Positions 53,100 to 64,000 of a DNA stretch of 64,000 bases are shown here, one piece after another. Where the stretch lies: positions 38,874,001 through 38,938,000 of the forward strand of contig OX597816.1 of assembly GCA_951406725.2 (NCBI GenBank). The letters run 5' to 3'. The stretch is from Octopus vulgaris. Taxonomy: Eukaryota. A program made the position numbers and the translations under genes. Within the stretch, counting starts at the first letter, position 1, and every line of letters starts with the position of its first letter. The notes beneath the pieces were generated by a model. The model saw only the letters and a list, made by a program, of their open reading frames with translations, was not told the DNA's origin and searched no databases.

Positions 53100-54110
53100 T
53101 GAGATCCTTGTGACTGATGCAGTATCACAAGTTATTCAATATCAAGGGTCTATGGTTGTTAGAGACGAATGAAGATCACCTCTACTTACAATTTCTAAGC
53201 AATTGTGAGCTTTTGATTGCAGGAAAGACATTCAGCTAGAACTTGACTCAATTAGGTAAGTAAGGAATGCAATGATATATAATTTAATATCTTGCCAAAG
53301 CAATGGAAAGTGGAGGCATGGGACTTAGTAGATAGGGTGTTGGACTAAGATTGTAGTTTTGATCCCAAGACCAGGCGATGTGTTGTGTTCTTGAGCAAAA
53401 CACTTCATTTCACATTGCTCAAGTCTGCTCGGCTGGTAGGGAATTTATATGCTATGGAAACCGAGAAACTGACCCTTATGAGTTGGCATGGCTCAAGAAG
53501 GTAACTTTACCCTACTTTAAAGCAATGGGGATTTCATGACAATTTCACTTCTTGTCCATACGTTATTGAAATCGAGATAAAATTTAGCTTGAGCAGTATG
53601 ATTACTCTACAGCTCAATAAGGCTTTCTTGCCATCTGATATCAACTTCAGCTGCATTTGTCCCAAATGGGTCTACCATCCAATTTGGAATGTACATTTCC
53701 AGTAGAGCTTTGAATCTAATTTCCTTATCATCGTACAATTTCTTCAAGTGCTCAAAGTACACTAAAATATCATCCTCTTGCAGCTTCTCCTCAATAGGGG
53801 CAAGAGTTGCAAAATGCATTAACTTTTTATGCTCAATATTTATCCTGAATTGATTAAGTTTTCCAAGTAAAGCACTAGTAGCCTCTTCTTAAACTAAAAG
53901 ATTTATACTTTTACCTTGCAGCAGTTTGTTCAGTAAATTCAGCTTCTCAAATATATCTGAATGGTAGAATATGCCATATTTGGCAGTTTGGATTTCTTCT
54001 TCAAGCTGCTTCCCACTCGGAAATATTATAACACTTGCAAAGTTCAATGAAGCAACACAGGCAATAACCCTTAGAGATTGTCACCAGATGTATGAACTTC
54101 AAAACAGTAA
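53100..54110 (-). pseudogene. Decayed hAT (Charlie/SCAND3-like) transposase C-terminus, interrupted by a CORE-SINE at about 53310-53515
   Basis: YHSDIFEKLNLLNKLLQG, HFATL, EHLKKL..RF..LL..IPNWMVDPF, QESLIEL, RGDL. Confidence 0.75.
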
Positions 54111-54243
54111 CATAGTATTTAATTCATACAAGACTGTCCAATGACAGCTTAATACTTTATTCATCAATGATAAATTATAATTGAAATGTCAAATGTATCT
54201 CTTTTTTTTTTTCTGTCATGACAAAACTTAATATATAGAAAAT

Positions 54244-54832
54244 ATTGGGCCATTCCATAAATAATGCGTTTTTTTCAATTGCATGAACTAAAAGTTGGAG
54301 GAGATGGGATAAACTTCCTGCATCAATTTGCTATAAAAGTAGATGGTAATTTTACCCTGTGCTTATTCATAGTGCAAGTTTTGAAGAGTGAAGTTCGGTT
54401 TTAACAGTTTCAAAGCTATAAGGAAAGTGACAAAGGAACATATTTGGCATATTTTGCTTTATGAGTTCAATAAAGGCAACAATGCAATGGAAAGTGTGAG
54501 GAATATTAATTCAGTATATAGAGATTGGACAATAAGCATAAGCCAGTGTCAACAGTGGTTCCTTAAATTCTGAGCTGGAAACTATAGCCTAGAAGACGAG
54601 CCTTGTCCTGGAAAATCTGTAGAGCTCAACGAGGACATCCTGCAAACCCTGGTGGAACAAAATCCCATTGTAATTGTTGATGAACTAGTAGAAAAGCTTA
54701 GATTTGGTCATTCAACCATTCATTGACACCTGCGTGCCATCAGAAAAGTCAGCAAGTTGGGTCAATGGGTTCTTCACAAACTTTACAAGTCTAATCACAT
54801 GCAGAGAGTGAATGTGTGCTCTTCTTTGCTGT
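54244..54832 (+). pseudogene. Mariner 5' fragment (Mos1-like HTH region)
   Basis: HILLYEFNKG, QQWFLKF*AGNYSLEDE, LVEQNP, HSTIH*HL, KLGQWVLHKL (WVPHEL motif). Confidence 0.88.
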
Positions 54833-55585
54833 TCATACACATGCATCATACAAAATTTCAAATGCAAAATTTCTTACATGTTTTTTCCAACATGTGCAAT
54901 TTTGTGATTCCTGTTAGCAAATGAAACATGTGTAATGGTGAATAAAGAAGGACCTGGCATTGCATTCAATGCTGAAAAGTAAAATCAAACAGCATTTCAA
55001 CTCTGTGTGAATATATGCGTGTATGTGTATGTGTATACAATGGAAGAATATGAATGTTTATATGTGTGAACCAGTGTTCTATCAGTAACAAACGATGATA
55101 GATGTCACATCTCAAAAGACAACCACAAAATAACATTGACAAGTATATTAATTTGATTTACCATCTATATTGATATATAAAATACTACAATTAGCCATCA
55201 TTTTTGACGGCACGGAGCCAGCTAGTAGCTTATAATACATTAGGTCAAAACCCACTTAGGTGGAGAAAAAAAAAAGCAGTAAACAGAAGAGATGTGTTTC
55301 AAATCTAGTAGGTAGCTTTCTATCTTTTTTCCACCCTAGAATTTTTTTTAACCCAATAATCAATTATAAACCAGAAAGTATAATGATGATTGCTTCTGAT
55401 AAGACCCTATGGAGGTAATACCTGACCCTCCTAGGAATAGTGGACAGACAAGGTGGGTTGATTGATATGTTGTTAATAAAATCTTATTTACAAATATCTC
55501 AACACTTCAATAGTTGCATTGTAAATATAAGGTTTTTAGAAAGTTCATGCTAATTGTTGAATGTTGAAAACTAACTTATTCATAA

Positions 55586-57761
55586 CACTGTGTAACACAA
55601 TTTTTGTCCTTGGAAAGCAATTGTTATTTCCTGTTTGCATAGCCTTAGAAATAAAAAATGGATAATATTTCATTCAAACTTTGCTTTTGTTACATTTATT
55701 CAAATACCAAAAAAAAACCCTCTCAAACACATGGCTATGATGCTCCTGTACTATTCCTGCTCATGATCAGAGATGCACATATTATCAGCCACTAAGGGAC
55801 ATGTTCAAGTGGTTAAAGTCAAGAAACTGATAAACAGATCTGTGGTATTGAGCAGAATATTTGCTATAATGATATTTCTGCTTCAGCAACTTAGTGCTTA
55901 CTCTGAAATGTAATGGAAAATAATTCAGTTTCAAAACATTGATGTCCAGGTCACAAAAGCAAAGTCTGAAGAGAATAGTAGTCATTTCTTTTGATTACTA
56001 CTGTCTGTCTGTCTTTGTTACCTTTTTTCTTCACACTCCCTCTTTATTTCTACTTGCTCTTCCCCAACCCTCTCTACTCCACTCTCTCTCTTTCTTCACT
56101 TTTTGATACTAAAAGACCATCCAATTTTTTTTTTTCTTTTTATCACTCATCTTTCTTCTATTTGACCAGAGCATAGGTACGGCATATTTTGTTTCATCTC
56201 CTGCCCCAGCTTATCTTTCCACCTTTCATTCCTTTCTTTCCTTCTTTCCTTCTTCCTTTCTATCCTATTTTCCTATCCTTCTCCTGAGCCCTGTCATTGT
56301 ACCTTTGGGACACAAGCACCACTATTTTGTTTCTTTTTTGTTAGTTTTCGTTATGTTTCTAAGTGTTAGCAGTCCTCTGTTATTCAGTAAGAGCACTGAT
56401 GTGATGTAAGTGCTGTTGCTAGTGGTGTCCACCTTGGGTCCATTCACTGTGGTGGTTTTATGCATTGAGGATAGTCCCATCTGTGAGATTGATGTAACCA
56501 GATCAGTTGCTGTATAATCTTTTGTGCCATGTCCCAAAAAAATCATTGTTCAGCAGCTGCCCTTTCAACGATATGTTGATAGGACTGGTTTGTAATATGC
56601 ACTACATCTGTGTATTTCCATTTTGGGGCAGGTGGCGCGTAGTCCTTTCCTTTTGGCCGGTGGTTTCCACCCTGTTTCATGTTGGTGTGGCAGGGTCTTT
56701 GGTGAGCAAAATGGCAGCTTGCACCTCCCTCTCCATGCTAGGAGACACCTTTCAAGTAGAATTTGCACATTTGTGTGTGCTGTCTCTTTATATCCTTTTT
56801 GTTGTATGGGCAGTCAAATTTGCTTCTTCCTTCGGCTGTTTCTTCTCTTGTTTTTGCTCCTTTTGGTTGTTCTTTCTTGGCTCTTTCACCTCCAGTTTTT
56901 TTTGCATATATATATGTATTACAAAATTTTAATTTTTTTTGTCTTTAGTCAGAAAATGGTATTTCCTATTCACTTCATCATCATCATCATCATCATTTAA
57001 TGTCCGTTTTCCATGCTGGCATGGGTTGGATGGTTTGACTGGGGACTGGTAAACCAGGGAGCTGCACCAGGCTCCAATCTGATCTGGCAAGGTTTCTACA
57101 GCTGGATGCCCTTCCTAATGCCTACTACTCTGAGAATGTAGTGGGTGCATTTTATGTGCCACCGACATGGGGGCCAGTCCGGTGGCACTGGCATCAGCCA
57201 CGTTCGGATGGTGCTTTTTACATGCCACCGGCACAGGAGCCAGTTGGGGCAGGGGAGATGGCATTGACCACATTTGGATGGTGCTTTTTATGTACCACTG
57301 GCACGTATCTTCCTGTGCTGGTGGAACGCAATGAGCACTATTCATGCATAGGTTGATACCAATGCCGCCTGACTGGCTCTCCGTGCCAGTGGTACATAAA
57401 AAGCACCATCCGAATGTGGTCAATGCCAGCTGCTCCCCTGCCCCAACTGGCTCCTGTGCCAGTGGCATGTAAAAAGCACCATCCAAACATGGCTGATGCC
57501 AGTGCCACCTGACTGGCTCCCATGTCGGTGGCACATAAAATGCACCCACTACACTCTCAGAGTAGTAGGCATTAGGAAGGGCATCCAGTTGTAGAAACCT
57601 TGCCAGATCAGATTGGAGCCTGGTGCAGCCTCCTGGTTTGCCAGTCCCCAGTCAAACCATCCGACCCATGCCAGCATGGAAAACAGACATTGAATGATGA
57701 TGATGAAGTGAATAGGAAATACCATTTACTGACCAAAGACAAAAAATTTTGTAATACAGTG
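55586..57761 (+). mobile_element. Tc1-type MITE broken by internal insertions and a foldback
   Basis: Left end cactgtgtaacacaatttttgtcc; body to about 55995; right end ..gacaaaaaattttgtaatacagtg|TA. Confidence 0.55.
56915..57758. repeat. Foldback with arms of about 385 bp (RTE tail plus MITE end)
   Basis: Arms 56915-57305 and 57382-57758. Confidence 0.92.
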
Positions 57762-58047
57762 TAATTTGTAATGATTACTATAAAACAAAGAAAGCAATAT
57801 GAGGTGTACCCCTTGTGATCAACCATCATAGGGGAAACAATCTCTTCTAGACTAAGTTAAGCCAAGGCAGGTTTGGAAGTTTGGAAGTTACATCAAGGAG
57901 TAAAGAAGATGGTTAGAGTATACACATTAAATCATTTTTTTTTTCTATACCTTCATTATAAAGAACTTAAATCTTCTATTCATTGATAGCCATCTACAGC
58001 ACTAGTTCATTCTTCTTTGGAATCATCGGTGCAGCATAACTCAAGGC

Positions 58048-58440
58048 TCTTTATCTTTCATATTTTTTACTTGGTTCATTCATTGGTCCACAGCCATTCT
58101 GGGGCACTGCTTTGAAGTGTTTAGTCTAACAAATTGACCCCAGTAGTAATTTTTAAAGTCAGGTATTTATTCTGTTAGTCTATTTGGCAGAACCAATGCA
58201 TAAAGGGAATGTAAACAAACCAACACCAGCTGGTAGAGCAAGGAGACATATACAGACACAAAGACACACACATATGCATATATACATACACATATGTGTA
58301 TGTATAATATATATATGTATATATCTATATATATAAAACTCAACTTGTTTGTCTGTGTGTGTATTTGTGTGTGTGTTTGTGTTGAGTTTTATATATATAG
58401 ATATATATATATATGATGATATATACATATATATATGATG

Positions 58441-58473
<33 letters not shown>

Positions 58474-58622
58474 GGGCTTCTATACAGACTCCATCTACCA
58501 AATTCCCTAACAAAACATTAGTCAGTCAGGCGCTATTGTAGAAGACATTTTCCCAAAGTGCCACACAATGGGACTGAACCCAGAACCATGTAGTTACAAA
58601 GTGAGCTTTTTAACCACACAGT
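58048..58622 (-). mobile_element. OK-like SINE, diverged
   Basis: Head, microsatellite and tail all present. Confidence 0.75.
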
Positions 58623-59065
58623 CAAGGTAAGCGATAGTTTTCTCTCTATCTTTTGCAACTTGTATCTTTCAGTCGTTTATTTCTTTTCTAACTTTCCTCA
58701 CAAAGTGTGCCACCAATTTTCTCCTTGATTTTCACTGAGTCACAAAGTCCTAAAGAATAAGATCCACTGCTGTAGATAATCTGTTGTGGGTTATGATATG
58801 AGGAAGGAAAGCAAGCACATGATAAACTTGATTGATCTCTGTTATCAGCATTTAAACATAATTGTTATAGTTATTTATGGCTTAACCAGCACCATATGGT
58901 TTTTATATCATTAAACACCTGTTCCTTCTGAATTTGTCATTTGTAACAAGCTTACTAGTAAGTCTTTATGTTTGTGTACTGTTGGCAAATAACAACAGAT
59001 TCTCCTTCAAACCACATCCAATCAGCTTAAAAAAGTGGAAGGACACATTAAATAATGTAGCACTA

Positions 59066-59453
59066 ATAATAGGAGCACTCTGTCGGTTACGACGATGAGG
59101 GTCCCAGCTGATACGATCAACGGAACAGCTTGCTCGTGGAATTAACGTGCAAGTGGCTGAGCATTCCACAGACACGTGCACCCTTAACGTAGTTCTCGAG
59201 GATATTCAGCGTGACACAGAGAGTGACAAGGCTGGCCCTTTGAAATACAGGTACAACAGAAACAGGAAGTAAGAGTGAGAGAAAGTTGTGGTGAAAGAGT
59301 ACAGCAGGGATCACCACCACCCCCTGCAGGAGCCTTGTGAAGCTTTAGGTGTTTTCGCTCAATAAACACTCACAATGCCCGGTCTGGGAATCGAAACCGC
59401 GATCCTACAACCGCGAGTCCGCTGCCCTAACCACTGGGCCATTGCGCCTCCAC
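59066..59453 (-). mobile_element. OR1-like SINE with 12-bp TSD
   Basis: TSD aatgtagcacta at 59054-59065 and 59454-59465. Confidence 0.9.
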
Positions 59454-59585
59454 AATGTAGCACTAGGATACCCATAACAATACAGAATGATTGTGGCTGA
59501 GAAGCTTTCAAGCAGGATTAACCTGGGACTAAGCAACATTAACAGTTTGTTTCTTACATCTTTCTGCTAAATGTTAGCTTGAAAC

Positions 59586-60492
59586 TGTAAATGTTAGCTT
59601 GAAAAGCAGCTAGCTTTTACCATTATTCTTTCTTTTTGCTTCCTGCTGCCGAGAGTGACAGACAGTCTTTGGTCCTCGGCCATTGACCACGGAGCATCCA
59701 CTGACAGACCATCCAGTTCAAGCGAGACAACCATGTTCCCGCGACAGCCAGCGACAACACCAACACCTTTACCATCATCGTCGCCTTAATCTTATCAACA
59801 TCACCAACATGTCTATGTACACCAACACCAACATGCAGCATCTCAGGACCTTTCTCCAACATCGCCTTAAGCTTATCGTTGCCCTTCAACTTCACGTCAT
59901 CTCCACTACCATCAATATGTAAACACCAACCAACATCGTTCCAGGTTTAACATCACTCTGTTGTGAATACTCACCAAGGTTTACAGCTCCAGTCTACCTG
60001 CGAGAACTTTCTGTACCAAAGTAACCTGGCATAGGATTGAAGCCTCAACCACTTACTCGACATGAGTTTCAACCGGCTTTCCACTTTTCACCAACCTCTC
60101 TGTTACAGAACTAACTATGGTGTGTCTTACACCGAACAACATCTTGTCTGAACATTCATCTAGCGATCCTGTTATAGACTCTTTCTATGCTATGTATTGT
60201 ATTGTCCCACACTTATCCCACATACAGACACACTCTGCTAGCACACATACGCACACTTATGACAAACACACACTTATGTCGCACTCACAAACACACACAC
60301 ACTCTGCTCCTCACATTAACATCTAAATAAAGTCTTTTCTCTTATACATTATACAGTTGTTTTTTTCTCCTTATTCTTTCTTGGCACTGGTATTCTTTTA
60401 TTCCATGTATTTTGGCTTCTTTTGTAAGCGACGATGCGGCGTTTTAAAAGGAGACAATTGTCACCATCTCCTTTACGTATGGTTACTCTACA
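59586..60492 (+). mobile_element. Probable solo LTR (907 bp)
   Basis: TGTA..TACA termini, aaac duplicated on both sides, aataaa at about 60326. Confidence 0.6.
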
Positions 60493-61729
60493 AAACAAAC
60501 AGATTAAACAATAGTTCCTTCCTATTCTAGAAGACTGTGATATAAGACCAAGTGATTCATGAGCACAGATATCTTAAAAGTGAATACATGCATCAGTGCT
60601 TCAAAATTTATTAATGCATTTATGCACAAGGCATGTCTACTTAGTGCTAGATTAAGTTTTTAAGTGTATCATACAACATTATTTTGTTTATAGAAATAAA
60701 TCTTTCGAAAATGATGGTGCGTATATTACAAGTACTTGTATTACATTGGCTCCAGAATGGATAGAAAACAAAGTCATTTTCAGTGGGCATTGAACTGAAA
60801 CAAGAGGAAAATTAAGCAAAATATGATAAATCATAGCTAACTTGCTGGAATGGAAAGAAACAGTTGGTTGCTGCTGTTTGGATGCTGACAGTTTGGCATG
60901 GCTAACTGGGTATTCAGTCTATTTTGGCAACAGTACGTTTTTGGTGCTGGTGGCAAACATACACCCCAACCCCACATATACATGCAGAGATATACAGAGA
61001 GGATTGGAGAGAGAGAATGAGAGAAACATTAAAATGAGTGAAACATTAAAACAAGTCAGCATTAAATCAGCGACATCAAATGTTGGCTCCAAAATGGCTG
61101 TGCCAAAATGTCTCATATCTCTGCTGGAAATAGCAAACAAATCTCCTTCAAATCATGTCTTACGGTCTTAAAAAAGAAGGCACAATGAGCTGATGTAGTC
61201 CCTTACCTGAAAACAAAAAAAAGAAAAGATAGTAAAGTCGTTGCTAGAATGCCTTTGATTGTAGCTCTACTTAATCAGAAGATAATTAGGATTAAAACAT
61301 TAATAATTTTGTACCTTTACTTTGAAACTAAATATTTGTTCATTCATTTTACATCTAGTTTTCCATGATAGCATGAGTCAGGCAATGGCGTATAATTGAG
61401 GTATTGTTTTACAGCCAGGTGCCCTTCCTGATGTTAACCCTTACCTATTTTACTAGTAAGAAATTTTTCATTGTATGTGTTACAGAAGCAAATGTCTCGT
61501 TGACAGGGAATGTTATCAAACTTCACCATTTGTAGCTTAGCACTTTTTCATATGAAGACACAGAATGTGAACATTCACACAGACACATGTGCATACACAT
61601 GCATGAGCAAACACAGTGTCCTTCTGGTGGTGTAAAACACTTGTGGCAGTGCTATGTAAAAGTGCCCATGCGGTGTCATATAAAAGTGTCTGTGCAGTGC
61701 CACATAAAAACACCCAAAACATCTTAATA

Positions 61730-62127
61730 TCTTTATATATAAAAGTGAAGTTGTGTGTCTGTCTCCTACGATTTAGATTCCTAACTACTCCCACATTTTG
61801 CGGTGCAGTGTAACCAAAAGCGGGTATCTTATAGTCATGATTCATATCGAGCCCTTCTGGGTATTAGCACACGTCTACGATGAGTCTACGATTTTAAAAA
61901 AAACTTACCATCATTTTTTCCCATTTTTAATGCATTTTTTTGCTATTATATAAGGGAAGTAACTCTCTAAAAATGTATTATTAAATCTCAGAACGTAAAA
62001 AGCTACAGTAATACCCCCCCCCTGTGTGGTTAGCCATATTGAGATGGCTATTAAACTTTACATCTCTAAAAATGCTTATATAGTTATTTCCCTTACAAAC
62101 CCGAGCAACGCCGGGCGATACTGCTAG
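61730..62127 (+). mobile_element. Non-autonomous Helitron
   Basis: a|TC..cccgagcaacgccgggcgatactgCTAG|t. Confidence 0.88.
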
Positions 62128-62846
62128 TTATATATATAATGATAATAATATGAGGGAATATTATTCCAAACTTACAGGGAAAAATTCAATTTAGAAATAC
62201 TAAATCAAATTTCACAAAATATAATATATATAAATTAGAAAAAAAACACCTTTTATCAATTCAATAATGAAAAATTAAATTATACCATTTAGAAAAATTA
62301 CATATTATAGAAAGATTAAATATAAGATAAAGCATATAACGATGATTAAGTAATGTGCAAAATAATAAATAAAACATATATATTTGGTAGAATAATTTAC
62401 AATGATCGTTATTCTACCAAATATATACGTTTTATTTATTATTTTGCACATTATTTAATCATCGTTATATGCTTTATCTTATATTTAATCTTTCTATAAA
62501 TATATAATTTTTCTAAATGGTATAATTTAATTTTTCATTATTGACTTGCTAAAAGGTGTTTTTTTTCTACCCTATTATCTCCCCTTATTTCGCTCTCGCG
62601 TCTCATGTTTGATCTTTGACCTCTGGCCGAAATCAGATCGCCATGTTGATTCGTTAGCTACTGCACGCATTTTTTTTCTCTCCTTCTTTCTGTGTTTTTC
62701 TCTCTCTGTGTATCTTTCTGTTGAAGAGCGTAGGCTCGAAACGTTAAAGACTTGTTTTATTTATATTTCCTGAGCGCCATACTAATACAATTGTTCGTTT
62801 GTTTTCCACCTGCCTTCGTCTTTTGTTTATTTTCATAAAGCTTCCC

Positions 62847-62850
<4 letters not shown>
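62128..62850 (+). mobile_element. TA-flanked non-coding PLE-like element: foldback plus hammerhead motif
   Basis: Arms about 62237-62395 and 62409-62569; hammerhead-like motif at 62713. Confidence 0.6.
62713..62750 (+). ncRNA. Degenerate minimal hammerhead motif
   Basis: tcttt-ctgttga-a-gagc[gtag]gctc-gaa-acgt-t-aaaga; core deviates from CUGANGA. Confidence 0.55.
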
Positions 62851-62888
<38 letters not shown>

Positions 62889-62889
62889 T

Positions 62890-63200
62890 GTTGCCTATCT
62901 GATGGCTGATGTCAATGTTACTTGTTGAGGCTGGTGTAGGAGGAGGAGGAGGAGGAGGAGGAGGAGATAACACACTAGATGTCGGTTGGTGATCATCAGT
63001 TGACTCCTGTTGTGATGCTGTAGATCATTGTGCAAACTTGTCTAAAGTTCCTTGAATTGTCTTTTACAAAACATTGTGCATTGGGATCCATTTCCTCAAA
63101 TAAAGCAAGACATTTATCTAAATGAGAAAAAGCGTCTTGCATTTTCTTCAATGTGAAACAACAAAGTTCGGGATCAATGATGCATACTGCATTTTAACAT
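62890..63200 (-). pseudogene. Tigger/pogo transposase C-terminal remnant
   Basis: FTLKKMQDAFSHLDKCLALFEEMDPNAQCFVK and TIQGTLDKF resemble the Tigger C-terminus (FE..DPN..R, QTSLD.FF). Confidence 0.6.
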
Positions 63201-63534
63201 TGATTTTAATATGCTATACAGATTATATGTTTCTATTGCTTTTTTTTTATTTATTTCCCAGAGATGAATATGAATATAATCAATTGATACAACTCGGAAC
63301 TAACAGTACAGTATAGTATGAATGTTATTGCTTTTTTGCCAGGTGACATAAATTGATACTGTATTTAATATTTATTTAATATTTTAGAAAGACCGATGTA
63401 TCTTTGGAAATGGCATAACCTGGAGTATATATTATCAATAATTATAACAATATAAAATATGGAGACTTGTTCATCCTTAAATTCTATTTCCTCTTATTTT
63501 ACAATTTTATACAGCATAATATTATGGTCTTTAT

Positions 63535-63618
63535 GACCTACACATGTTTCCACTACACAGATTATGAGCAGTTGCAGATGCAGCCTGACACAATTTTCTG
63601 CGCAGCTTCTTCAGGGTC
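63535..63618 (-). ncRNA. Type I hammerhead ribozyme motif with extended stem II
   Basis: gacc-CTGAAGA-a-gctgcgcaga..tctgtgtagt-g-GAAAC-atgt-GTA-ggtc. Confidence 0.72.
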
Positions 63619-63746
63619 TATCCCTTTGGCTAGTTTTGAATAGCAATCATTAATGGGAAATACTGATCAATGTGGTTAGCTGTAACATCAAACTTAACTG
63701 AGAGCCACCATGGTATCCACCCAGATAACACATCACTCCACACACA

Positions 63747-63781
<35 letters not shown>

Positions 63782-63932
63782 ATATATATACATATATATA
63801 TAGATTAGAGACAGGTATTCTCTGTATAGAATACACTTTGTAGTGCTCAAAAATATTTGAACTTGAGCAGGAAGAGGAGTAAATGTAAGGACAAGTAAGT
63901 TAGGCAAGCTGATATACAAAAAATATTAAATA

Positions 63933-64000
63933 CATCATCATCATCATCATCGTTTAACGTCCGTTCTCCATGCTAGCATGGGTTGGATGGTTTGACCGGG
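63933..64000 (-). mobile_element. RTE 3'-tail copy running off the window
   Basis: (cat)n cgtttaacgtccgttctccatgctagcatggg. Confidence 0.8.

Noticed and set aside
56330-56900. Decayed GIY-YIG/PLE tail on the minus strand
   Set aside because: Suggestive composition only; catalytic motifs are not readable.
60842-61171. 109-aa ORF as a host exon
   Set aside because: No recognisable domain, partly overlaps low-complexity or repeat sequence, and has no convincing splice pair.

Overview
AT-rich, repeat-saturated eukaryotic DNA, almost certainly from an octopus: it carries SINEs matching the described Octopus OK/OR1/OR2 families. I found no convincing host protein-coding gene, tRNA or rRNA gene, and nearly all short ORFs are microsatellite or SINE translations. 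The core (29.8-39.3 kb) is a chain of three retroelement classes joined by (TA)n tracts: a 5'-truncated CR1/L2-group LINE (-), a Penelope-like element with intact RT and GIY-YIG domains plus a hammerhead motif in its pLTR (+), and a near full-length RTE LINE with a PHD finger (+). Around it lie Helitrons, decayed hAT/mariner/Tigger transposases, MITEs, probable solo LTRs and many SINEs. The signals not explained by ORFs are three hammerhead-ribozyme motifs, at least seven long inverted repeats (several locally generated), a DNA palindrome whose mismatches are systematically tandem G.A pairs, and a variable hairpin-repeat array in the RTE 3' UTR. All calls were made by eye, without database searches or folding software, and boundaries of decayed elements are approximate.
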